From contig CP072208.2 of assembly GCA_015257795.3 (NCBI GenBank), positions 60,001 to 92,000 on the forward strand: DNA of 32,000 nt, written 5' to 3'. The position numbers and the translations under genes are program-made. Source of the DNA: Candidatus Nanogingivalaceae bacterium. GTDB taxonomy: Bacteria > Patescibacteriota > Saccharimonadia > Saccharimonadales > Saccharimonadaceae. The stretch's first letter is position 1. Each line of letters opens with the position of its first letter. The notes under the pieces were generated by a model. The model was not told the origin of the DNA. It did no database searches and worked only from the letters and a program-made list of their open reading frames with translations. Shown here in pieces: positions 18,777 through 25,819 of the stretch.

Positions 18777-19458
18777 AAAAGGTTTTACAATTATGGAATT
18801 GATGCTCGCAATGGGCGTGATTGCTTTTTTGCTGCTTTCGGTTGCGGGTTTAATTATCCAAATGACAAATACTATTACACGGGGAACAACTTATAAAGAT
18901 CTAAATGCAGCTTCTCGAACGATTAATGCAGATCTAACAAAAACATTTAACTCAACATCTGTTCTTGACGGTTGGGATGGTCGAACCAACACTAATGAAT
19001 ATTATAGAGTTGTTGGCGGTTCGGGTGCATTTTGTACAGGGTCAGTGAGCTATCTGTGGAACACTAATCTTAAAGATCCGGATGCAGCATTAATTATTTA
19101 TGTTGGAGATAAAAATCCAGTTCGGTTTGTTAAAATTCGTGACACCGCAAAAAATTATTGTTCAAATAATGCTCAAAGTACGGTTTGGACGAAAGTTCCT
19201 CATGATGATACAGTTACTGAAATTTTAAGCAACAGTGAAGTTAATCTTCAGCTTCACAATATATCATTTACTTCAGGTGGTAATTTGATTAGTTCATCTT
19301 CAAATCAAATGATTGTAAATATCGCCTATGTTTTAGGTACACCAGATAATAACGATATTCGAATGAATGCTGGAAGTAAAAACTGTGAGGGGAATGTTAA
19401 AAGCAACTATTGCGCAGTTAATAAATTCGAACTCACCGTAAGAACTCTTGGTAGATAA
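18757..19458 (+). CDS. Prepilin-type protein (minor-pilin-like)
   Basis: MIQQANKKG|FTIMELMLAMGVIAFLLL is a canonical G|FT..E motif. Overlaps the upstream gene by 20 nt. Confidence 0.8.
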   Translation: MIQQANKKGFTIMELMLAMGVIAFLLLSVAGLIIQMTNTITRGTTYKDLNAASRTINADLTKTFNSTSVLDGWDGRTNTNEYYRVVGGSGAFCTGSVSYLWNTNLKDPDAALIIYVGDKNPVRFVKIRDTAKNYCSNNAQSTVWTKVPHDDTVTEILSNSEVNLQLHNISFTSGGNLISSSSNQMIVNIAYVLGTPDNNDIRMNAGSKNCEGNVKSNYCAVNKFELTVRTLGR

Positions 19459-19461
19459 ATA

Positions 19462-19490
19462 AAAAAGCGACTTTTTCGAAAGTCGCTTTT
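19462..19490. terminator. Bidirectional terminator between the pilin genes and the convergent xer gene
   Basis: agcgacttt / aaagtcgct 9-bp stem with loop TTCG. A-run on one side and T-run on the other. Confidence 0.75.
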
Positions 19491-20406
19491 ATTCTGTTTC
19501 GCTATGGAATCGCTCGTGGATTTCTTTTAAATGTTGATCAGTAATATGTGTATAAATTTGTGTTGTTGCAATACTTGCGTGTCCAAGCATGCCTTGAACT
19601 GAACGTAGATCGGCACCATTCACGAGTAAATCTGTTGCAAAAGAGTGGCGCATTGTGTGTGGGGAAACGTGCTTTGTGATTCCTGCTAGGCGCGCGTATT
19701 TTTCAACCATTCGCTGGACTGAGCGGGCGGTAATTCGGCGGTAATTTCCATCTGTTGACGGTTTTTTATAGCGTTTCGAATAATTCAAAAACAAGGGTTG
19801 AAGGTTGTCTTCTCGTGCTTGCAAGTAATTTTCAATATGTTCGGCGGCCTTTTTCGAAATAAAAATTGGGCGATCTTTGTTTCCTTTTCCGCGAACCGTA
19901 AACTCACGCCGTTTTGTGTTGATGCTTCCGCGATTTAAACTTACAAGTTCTGAAACACGGAGTCCGCTAGAAAAAAGCAGCTCAATAATTGCACGATCAC
20001 GCAAGTCGCTTTCAGTTTCATTTGGAATTGCCGAAATTAAACGTTCAATTTCTTCGTAGTGCAAAAAATTTACCTGGGGTTTAACAATTTTTGGTAGTTC
20101 AATTTTTGAGGGTTCAAGACTTTTAATATCTCGACGCGAAAGGTAAGTTAAAAATCTTCGAAGCGCAATAAGATGATATGCTTGGGTAGTTCTACTTAAA
20201 CTTTTACCAGAATCGTTTTCGTAACGGTTAAGCCACAAGCGATATTTTCGAACAAGTTCAGAAGTGATTTCTTTAACGGGAATATCTCCCGAAAATTCCA
20301 CAAGGCGCTCTAAATATAGCTGATAATTCTCGGCAGTTTTTTTCGAACGACCACCTTCAACTTCGAGCGACTCAATAAAATCTTCAATTCCTTCAGAAAT
20401 ATACAT
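19489..20406 (-). CDS. xerD: Tyrosine recombinase XerC/XerD family
   Basis: N-terminal SAM-like domain (AENYQLYLERLVEF), catalytic R (GLRVSEL), HxxR (HTMRHSFAT), LGH and the Tyr motif (TTQIYTHI). The C versus D assignment is not resolvable by eye. Confidence 0.85.
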   Translation of the reverse strand: MYISEGIEDFIESLEVEGGRSKKTAENYQLYLERLVEFSGDIPVKEITSELVRKYRLWLNRYENDSGKSLSRTTQAYHLIALRRFLTYLSRRDIKSLEPSKIELPKIVKPQVNFLHYEEIERLISAIPNETESDLRDRAIIELLFSSGLRVSELVSLNRGSINTKRREFTVRGKGNKDRPIFISKKAAEHIENYLQAREDNLQPLFLNYSKRYKKPSTDGNYRRITARSVQRMVEKYARLAGITKHVSPHTMRHSFATDLLVNGADLRSVQGMLGHASIATTQIYTHITDQHLKEIHERFHSETE

Positions 20407-20475
20407 AATCTTATTATAGCATTTTTTTCGAAAAAAGAGTATAATTTTAAGTATAAGCTTTAAGGAGGATTTTTT

Positions 20476-20985
20476 ATGTCGAAAGAGTTGATTCAGCGAA
20501 CACTAATTTTGTTCAAGCCCGACGCAGTTCAGCGTGGAATTGTGGGCGAAATTTTAACACGTTTCGAAAGAGTTGGCTTAAAAATCATCGGCACAAAAAT
20601 GATCTTCCCAAATAAAGAGCATTATCATAAACATTATGAAGGAATTGGTAAAATGGTGACGCGCCGTGGCGAAAAAGCTTTTGATATGGCGTTGGAATTT
20701 ATGACGCAAGGGCCTGTGATCGCGATGGTTCTCGAAGGTGTTGAATCGGTTGAATTGGTACGAAAACTCGTTGGTGGCACCGAACCAAAAGCTGCGCTGC
20801 CGGGAACGATTCGAGGAGATTATTCGCACATGAGTTTTGGCTATGCGGATGAACACAATGTTGGAATTCCGAACTTAATTCATGCATCGGGAAGTGTTGA
20901 AGAAGCGAAACAAGAAATTGAACATTGGTTTGCTGATCATGAAATTTACGACTATCATTCACCTCGAGAAAAATTTACGCGTTAA
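20476..20985 (+). CDS. ndk: Nucleoside diphosphate kinase
   Basis: RTLILFKPDAVQRGIVGEILTRFE, GTIRGDY and the active-site context NLIHASGS. Strong RBS (taaggagga). Confidence 0.9.
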   Translation: MSKELIQRTLILFKPDAVQRGIVGEILTRFERVGLKIIGTKMIFPNKEHYHKHYEGIGKMVTRRGEKAFDMALEFMTQGPVIAMVLEGVESVELVRKLVGGTEPKAALPGTIRGDYSHMSFGYADEHNVGIPNLIHASGSVEEAKQEIEHWFADHEIYDYHSPREKFTR

Positions 20986-21028
20986 AATCTCGCTATTTTT
21001 GTAAAAATCTGTTAAAATAGAGAAGTGA

Positions 21029-21105
21029 GCCTCGGTAGCTCAATTGGATAGAGCAGTTCCGTCCTAAGGAAAAGGTTATAGGTTCGATTCCTATCCGGGG
21101 TACCA
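21029..21105 (+). tRNA. tRNA-Arg (anticodon CCU), CCA encoded
   Basis: Hand-folded cloverleaf: acceptor GCCTCGG/CCGGGGT, D arm GCTC..GAGC, anticodon loop GTCCTAA, T arm ATAGG-TTCGATT-CCTAT. One A:G mismatch closes the anticodon stem. Confidence 0.85.
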
Positions 21106-21117
21106 CTGATTTTATTT

Positions 21118-21633
21118 ATGAAAGAACAAATTTTTAAAGGTCAAAGAGAAGGTGAAGAATTTCTCTTTATGTTTCGAAAGCATATCATTGCGATGCGCAA
21201 GGGTTTTTACCTTTTTTTGGGCGTTTTTGCAATTTCTTGTTTGCCGACTTTTTTTATGTTAACTTCAGAAAATCTAATGAATGCGCTTTGGGTTGCTTGC
21301 GGCGGTTTTCTGGTTGGGCTTATGCTGTTTTTGTATCATTTTATGCTGTGGTATTATTCAATCTATATTGTTTCGAATCAGCGCATTCGTCAAATTACGC
21401 AAAAAGGATTTTTTGGGAGAAGAATGATGGATTTGCCGCTTTCGAAAATCCAAAGTGTTAATTTCGAAATTCCAGGATTTTTTGGCGATATTTTCCATTT
21501 TGGAACAATAAATATTTTTACAATCGTGGGAGATTTAGAGATTAAAAATGTTGAACACCCAGAAGATGTTTATAATAGACTTCAGGATGCGATTTCGAAA
21601 GTTGAAGTAGAGGAGGAAGATGAAGAATTTTAA
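21118..21633 (+). CDS. Membrane protein with a bacterial PH (bPH_2/YdbT-like) domain
   Basis: Two TM helices followed by YIVSNQRIRQITQKGFFGRRMMDLPLSKIQSVNFEIPGFFGDIFHFGTINI, which is typical of bPH. Confidence 0.7.
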   Translation: MKEQIFKGQREGEEFLFMFRKHIIAMRKGFYLFLGVFAISCLPTFFMLTSENLMNALWVACGGFLVGLMLFLYHFMLWYYSIYIVSNQRIRQITQKGFFGRRMMDLPLSKIQSVNFEIPGFFGDIFHFGTINIFTIVGDLEIKNVEHPEDVYNRLQDAISKVEVEEEDEEF

Positions 21634-22669
21634 AGAAAAGCGAAAGAGTTTGAAGAAAAAGATTTTGAAAAAGTCGAATACTCAAGAAACTCAAGTTGCA
21701 AAAATCACAAACACAACACTTGAAGAACAACGCAAGGAAATTTTAAACAAGGGTAAAAAATTTAAATATCCTGTCCAATATAGTAAAAATCGACTAGTTG
21801 GAAACGCTTTAATTATTGCTTTGGTGATTTTAATTACTGGTTCAGGGTTGTTGTGGTATCAACTATATCAAGCGCAAAATACTGGTGAATTTATTTATCG
21901 TTTTACAACTGTTATACCATTTCCAGTTGCAAATGTTGATGGCGAGAACGCACTTTATCGCGACTATTTAATGGAATATCGCGCAAATATGCAAATTGCG
22001 AATGCTAAAAAAGATGAAATTGAAAGTGCTAATAATGTAAAGGCTCTTTCAGTTTTAAATAAAAATAAGGCAATGAAAAATGCGATTGCGAATGCTTATG
22101 CTCAGAAAAAAGCCCGAGAAATGGGAATTTCTGTATCAGAGAAAGAGATTGACGAAGCTTTTGATGCTCAGAGAAAGACTCAAAATACCGAGCTTACTGA
22201 AAGTGCATTATATAAAATTGCCGCCGATAACTACGGTCTCTCACCAAGCGAATATCGTCGAATGTTTATTGAACTTCCACTTCTTCGCCGAAAAGTTACC
22301 GCAGAAATCGATAAAAATGCTGCTAAGACTAGAGATGAAGTTGTAAAATATTTGAACGATAACTCAAATGATTTCTCAAAGGCTGCTGAGCAATTTGGTG
22401 ATAAGATTGAGTATAATAAGCCTGGAAAAGTTCGAAAAACAAATATTGACGGCGGTCGTTCGAAGGTAGCTTCACAATTAAATGTTGGCGAAGTTTCGAA
22501 ACCATTCATCTCGAACGCTGGTGATGGCTACTATATCGTAAAACTTATCGAAAAAAGTGACAATGAGATTAGTTATGAATCGATAAAAATTAAGTTTACC
22601 GAGTTTAATTCACAGCTAGAAAAGCTTGAAAAAGAAGGTAAGGTTAAAAAATATATCAAGGTTGATTAG
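21620..22669 (+). CDS. Membrane-anchored peptidyl-prolyl isomerase (parvulin/PpiC type, PrsA/SurA-like)
   Basis: N-terminal TM helix and a helical chaperone-like region. The C-terminal motif GEVSKPFISNAGDGYYIVKLIEK is typical of rotamase domains. RBS is gaggagga. TAG stop. Confidence 0.65.
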   Translation: MKNFKEKRKSLKKKILKKSNTQETQVAKITNTTLEEQRKEILNKGKKFKYPVQYSKNRLVGNALIIALVILITGSGLLWYQLYQAQNTGEFIYRFTTVIPFPVANVDGENALYRDYLMEYRANMQIANAKKDEIESANNVKALSVLNKNKAMKNAIANAYAQKKAREMGISVSEKEIDEAFDAQRKTQNTELTESALYKIAADNYGLSPSEYRRMFIELPLLRRKVTAEIDKNAAKTRDEVVKYLNDNSNDFSKAAEQFGDKIEYNKPGKVRKTNIDGGRSKVASQLNVGEVSKPFISNAGDGYYIVKLIEKSDNEISYESIKIKFTEFNSQLEKLEKEGKVKKYIKVD

Positions 22670-22680
22670 TCTATAATAAA

Positions 22681-22710
22681 AAAGATACCCGTGAAAACAG
22701 GTATCTTTTA
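22681..22710 (+). terminator. Rho-independent terminator after the PPIase gene
   Basis: aaagatacc / ggtatcttt stem with a 10-nt loop and a T-rich tail. Confidence 0.7.
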
Positions 22711-22753
22711 AAATAAATAAAAAACGCTAGAAAGCGATTTTTAAAGTCTAAAT

Positions 22754-22831
22754 TGGCGCGCCCGACCGGATTCGAACCGGCGATCTCCTCCGTGACAGGG
22801 AGGCGTACTAGGCCAGCTATACCACGAGCGC
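22754..22831 (-). tRNA. tRNA-Asp (anticodon GUC), CCA encoded
   Basis: The reverse complement folds as GCGCTCG...CCTCC-CTGTCAC-GGAGG...GCCGG-TTCGAAT-CCGGT-CGGGCGC-G-CCA. Confidence 0.9.
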
Positions 22832-22909
22832 ATCGCTAGACTAATACAATTCTATCAGACTTCGAGAATAAAATCAAGGCCTTTTTTAGTTTATTTTTCA
22901 AAAAGTTTG

Positions 22910-22918
22910 TGCTATAAT
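22910..22918 (+). promoter_or_regulatory. Extended -10 (TGcTATAAT) for tRNA-Thr
   Basis: tgctataat at 22910-22918, ending 11 nt before the mature 5' end of the tRNA. Confidence 0.5.
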
Positions 22919-22929
22919 ATTAAGCATAT

Positions 22930-23005
22930 GCCGATGTAGCTCAGTTGGTAGAGCAACGCACTCGTAAAGCGTAGGTCAGCAGTTCAATCCTGCTCATCGG
23001 CTCCA
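22930..23005 (+). tRNA. tRNA-Thr (anticodon CGU), CCA encoded
   Basis: Acceptor GCCGATG/CATCGGC, D arm GCTC-AGTTGGTA-GAGC, anticodon loop CTCGTAA, T arm AGCAG-TTCAATC-CTGCT. Confidence 0.9.
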
Positions 23006-23020
23006 AATAATTTTATTCTT

Positions 23021-23392
23021 ATGAAAACAATAACTAATTTATTTAAACCAATTATCAAAGATCGCCGAATGTTATTAGCAATGGTTTCGGTGTTTTTAGC
23101 AGGAATTATATTTTTTATTTTCATGATTTTGAATGTAAAATCATACGATTATTTATTAAATGTTCGATATACTGTTTTTGGTACCAGTGAATTTTATAAA
23201 GATTCTTGGATGTACCGTATTATTTTAGCTATTTTTGGATTAATTGTTGCTTTTATTCATAATATTTTGATTGCGAAAGTCTATAATATTTCCGGTCGTC
23301 GTGTTGCTATTGCTTTTGCGGTCTTAAGCGTCGCCCTAATGGTTGCTAGTATGTTTATTATTGGCGCTTCAATTCGAGAGATTCCAAACTAA
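23021..23392 (+). CDS. Small polytopic membrane protein (3-4 TM), unknown function
   Basis: 123 aa and very hydrophobic. The stop overlaps the start of the GT2 gene (TAATG), so the two are probably functionally linked. Confidence 0.55.
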   Translation: MKTITNLFKPIIKDRRMLLAMVSVFLAGIIFFIFMILNVKSYDYLLNVRYTVFGTSEFYKDSWMYRIILAIFGLIVAFIHNILIAKVYNISGRRVAIAFAVLSVALMVASMFIIGASIREIPN

Positions 23393-25086
23393 TGAAGAAA
23401 CAAAAGATTGACATTGAAATCCCACTAGGTAAGCGAACCCTGAAGTATCGCTTTTTTGAGATTTTGCCAGCATTTTTAAGTTTTGGTGCAATTATTTTAA
23501 TGTTTATACTTTCGTTCTTTTCACCTTTTTTGGCCTCGGTCTACCTTCTAACAATTATTACAACTCTTCTAGTTAAAGCAATCGGAATTGCTTACCGAAT
23601 GATAACGGGACATATACAAATTGAAAAGGCTCAAAAGGTTAATTGGAATAAGCGACTGTCTGAACTTAAAAATCCAAAAAAAGCGCTTGAGAAGATAAAA
23701 AATCAGGAAAAAAGTAAGGAATATGATTTTAAACAGCATATTCAAAATTTGCATGATATTATAGATAGACCAGAGGCTTTTCCGGATCCATTCTCGGTAA
23801 AAAATGCTGTGATTATAGCTGCTTATAATGAACCTTACGAAGTAATTCAACCGACAATTAAATCTGTTTTGGCCTCAAATTATGACGCTAAAAATCTTTT
23901 AATTTTCCTGGCTTATGAGGAACGTGGCGGTGAAGGCATTGAAAAAACTGCAATTCGGCTCAAAAAAGAGTTTTCGAAAAGTTTTGGTGCTTTCGAAATT
24001 GTAAAACATCCAAAAAACTTACCGAATGAGGTTGTTGGGAAAGGTGGAAATATCACTTTTGCTGGCCGAGCATTGCAAAAATATTGCGAAGATAATAAAA
24101 TTCCTTTCGAGAGCGTACTGGTTACAACTTTAGATAGCGACAATAAACCACATAAAGAATATTTTGCTGCTGCAACCTATGAATTTGTTGTCCATGAAGA
24201 TCGTAAAAAGTTATCATATCAGCCGGTTTCGTTGTTTTTGAATAATATTTGGGATGTTCCAGCACCAATGCGCGTGGTTGCAACTGGTAATTCATTCTGG
24301 AATATCGTCTCGACAATGCGGCCGCACCTTTTACGAAATTTTGCCTCACACTCTCAACCTCTAGATGCGTTGGTTGAAATGGATTTTTGGTCAACTCGCA
24401 CAATTGTTGAGGACGGACATCAATTTTGGCGCAGTTATTTCCATTTTGGTGGCGATTATTACGTTGTGCCAATTCGTGTGCCAATCTATCAAGATGCGGT
24501 TTTAAGTGAAACTTTACCAAAAACACTAAAAGCCCAATTTATCCAGCTTCGTCGTTGGATGTATGGTGCGAGCGATATTCCTTACGTTGCAAATTTGTAT
24601 TTTTCGAAAAATCGAAACGTTCCACTTATTGATGGGCTAATGAAATTGATTCGTTTGATTGATGGCCACGTTACGGCTGTATTCCAATCACCAATGGCTG
24701 CCTTTGGTGGTTGGGTTCCGTTGATTGTTTATGCGGCATCATCTCGTAGCGTGATCGTTCATCAATTGCCGAACGTTATTAGTACGCTTCAGCAAATTGC
24801 AACAATTGGTATTTTTATCACAATTTTGATTAGTTTAAAGATGTTGCCGCCACGTCCAGAACGCTATAAGAAACGTCGTTCTTTCTGGATGGTTGCACAG
24901 TGGGTTTATATGCCTGTAACTTCAATCTGTTATAATGCTGCAGCAGCGGCGTATTCACAAACTCGATTGGCTCTTGGCAAATATCTCGATAAATTCGACG
25001 TTACCGAGAAAGGCCGAATTGAAGATGTTGAACGCGCTAAAGCAGAAAAAGCTAAAAAGCGAGCATTGAAAAAGCAAAAAAAATAA
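23392..25086 (+). CDS. Processive family-2 glycosyltransferase (cellulose/chitin/PNAG-synthase-like)
   Basis: N- and C-terminal TM bundles flank a GT-A domain. Motifs seen: IIAAYNEP, TLDSDNKP, VEDGHQFWR and QLRRW (the QxxRW processivity motif). Confidence 0.8.
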   Translation: MKKQKIDIEIPLGKRTLKYRFFEILPAFLSFGAIILMFILSFFSPFLASVYLLTIITTLLVKAIGIAYRMITGHIQIEKAQKVNWNKRLSELKNPKKALEKIKNQEKSKEYDFKQHIQNLHDIIDRPEAFPDPFSVKNAVIIAAYNEPYEVIQPTIKSVLASNYDAKNLLIFLAYEERGGEGIEKTAIRLKKEFSKSFGAFEIVKHPKNLPNEVVGKGGNITFAGRALQKYCEDNKIPFESVLVTTLDSDNKPHKEYFAAATYEFVVHEDRKKLSYQPVSLFLNNIWDVPAPMRVVATGNSFWNIVSTMRPHLLRNFASHSQPLDALVEMDFWSTRTIVEDGHQFWRSYFHFGGDYYVVPIRVPIYQDAVLSETLPKTLKAQFIQLRRWMYGASDIPYVANLYFSKNRNVPLIDGLMKLIRLIDGHVTAVFQSPMAAFGGWVPLIVYAASSRSVIVHQLPNVISTLQQIATIGIFITILISLKMLPPRPERYKKRRSFWMVAQWVYMPVTSICYNAAAAAYSQTRLALGKYLDKFDVTEKGRIEDVERAKAEKAKKRALKKQKK

Positions 25087-25113
25087 GCACTCTGAAAGGA
25101 GTGTTTTATTTTT
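25086..25113 (+). terminator. Rho-independent terminator after the GT2 gene
   Basis: agcactc-tgaaag-gagtgtt stem (one G:U pair) followed by ttattttt. Confidence 0.65.
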
Positions 25114-25300
25114 CGCTTTGGAATTTGAATATTTATAAAATAATTTAAAAGCGGCCACTTAGACCGCCTAATGTAGGGACATTTGTAAGATTTTCCTAAA
25201 TCTTACTAAAAGTGCGTCGTTGTTTGGGTAACGAAAAGAAGAGATAGAGAACCTAACAGATAATATACTAGAGAATTTCCGATTTTTTACGCCCAAACCT

Positions 25301-25340
25301 GGTTGAACTTTTTCCGCAATTCAACCTCGTTTTTTTATTT
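25301..25340 (+). terminator. Orphan intrinsic terminator with no upstream ORF; possible 3' end of a small RNA
   Basis: ggttgaa (25301-25307) pairs with ttcaacc (25320-25326) across a 12-nt loop. It is followed by tcgtttttttatttt. Confidence 0.5.
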
Positions 25341-25600
25341 TAACGCTTTTTGTGAAAAAGTTCAAGTATAACCATAAAGATGCTAATTTTCAAAGATTAA
25401 AATTTTGTTCGCTTTTGCTAAGAAACGTATTTTTATAACTAAAACATTTCACGCGAAAGTCAAATAAGATAAGGCGAACAAACTTAAAGTAAATATATCA
25501 TCAGATAAATAAAAATTTTCAAAAGCCAAAAACTATCTTGTGGAAAAGATTTTAGAAAATGTGCAAAACTAAAAAAACAATATAACGCTATATGTAGTGA

Positions 25601-25629
25601 TTGAAAAAAGAGGTGAAGTATGATAATAT
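25601..25629 (+). promoter_or_regulatory. Near-consensus promoter for the methyltransferase-nuclease operon
   Basis: TTGAAA (25601-25606), a 17-nt spacer, then TGaTAATAT (-10 at 25624-25629). The predicted TSS near 25636 gives a roughly 185-nt leader. Confidence 0.55.
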
Positions 25630-25691
25630 TGAGATGTCTATAAACAATTTAAAATGTATTTTCGGCGATTTTTTGTTGCTGGATTTCGTAA

Positions 25692-25712
25692 ATAGAGCTC
25701 CCAGTCTGGGAG
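25692..25712. repeat. Palindromic box 1: ATAGAG-CTCCCAG-T-CTGGGAG
   Basis: Perfect 7-bp inverted repeat with a 1-nt spacer (25698-25712). It shares ATAGA-n2-CCCAG(n)CTGGG with box 2, which lies 59 nt downstream. Confidence 0.6.
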
Positions 25713-25750
25713 AATTTGTGAAATTCAGTTTCTGAAAATACATCAAGTTT

Positions 25751-25776
25751 ATAGACGCCCCAGCTGGGCGCTCTAT
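25751..25776. repeat. Palindromic box 2: ATAGACG-CCCCAGCTGGG-CGCTCTAT
   Basis: Perfect 10-bp palindrome CCCAGCTGGG (25759-25768) nested inside an imperfect 26-bp palindrome (ATAGA...TCTAT). Confidence 0.6.
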
Positions 25777-25819
25777 TTATTTGATGTTTATTTTTTCGCC
25801 AAAAATAGAAAGGTTTTTC

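Noticed and set aside
19489-20406. The tyrosine recombinase as a phage or ICE integrase, or as a pilin-inversion recombinase.
   Set aside because: Its full XerC/D-like motif set, normal composition, normal TTCGAA density and housekeeping neighbours (ndk) argue for the chromosomal dimer-resolution enzyme. I saw no inverted repeats flanking the pilin genes.
22770-22775. A TTCGAA copy inside tRNA-Asp.
   Set aside because: It is simply the conserved T-loop (GGTTCGAATCC) and should not be counted as evidence for the motif enrichment.
25634-25735. 33-aa plus-strand sORF (MSINNLKCIFGDFLLLDFVNRAPSLGEFVKFSF) just after the islet promoter, and a 7-codon ORF at 25620 preceded by GAGGTG.
   Set aside because: The ATG at 25634 is only 4 nt after the -10 box, too close for the leaderless geometry seen elsewhere, and it has no SD. 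The 25620 ORF would lie upstream of the predicted TSS. I cannot support either as coding without expression or conservation data.
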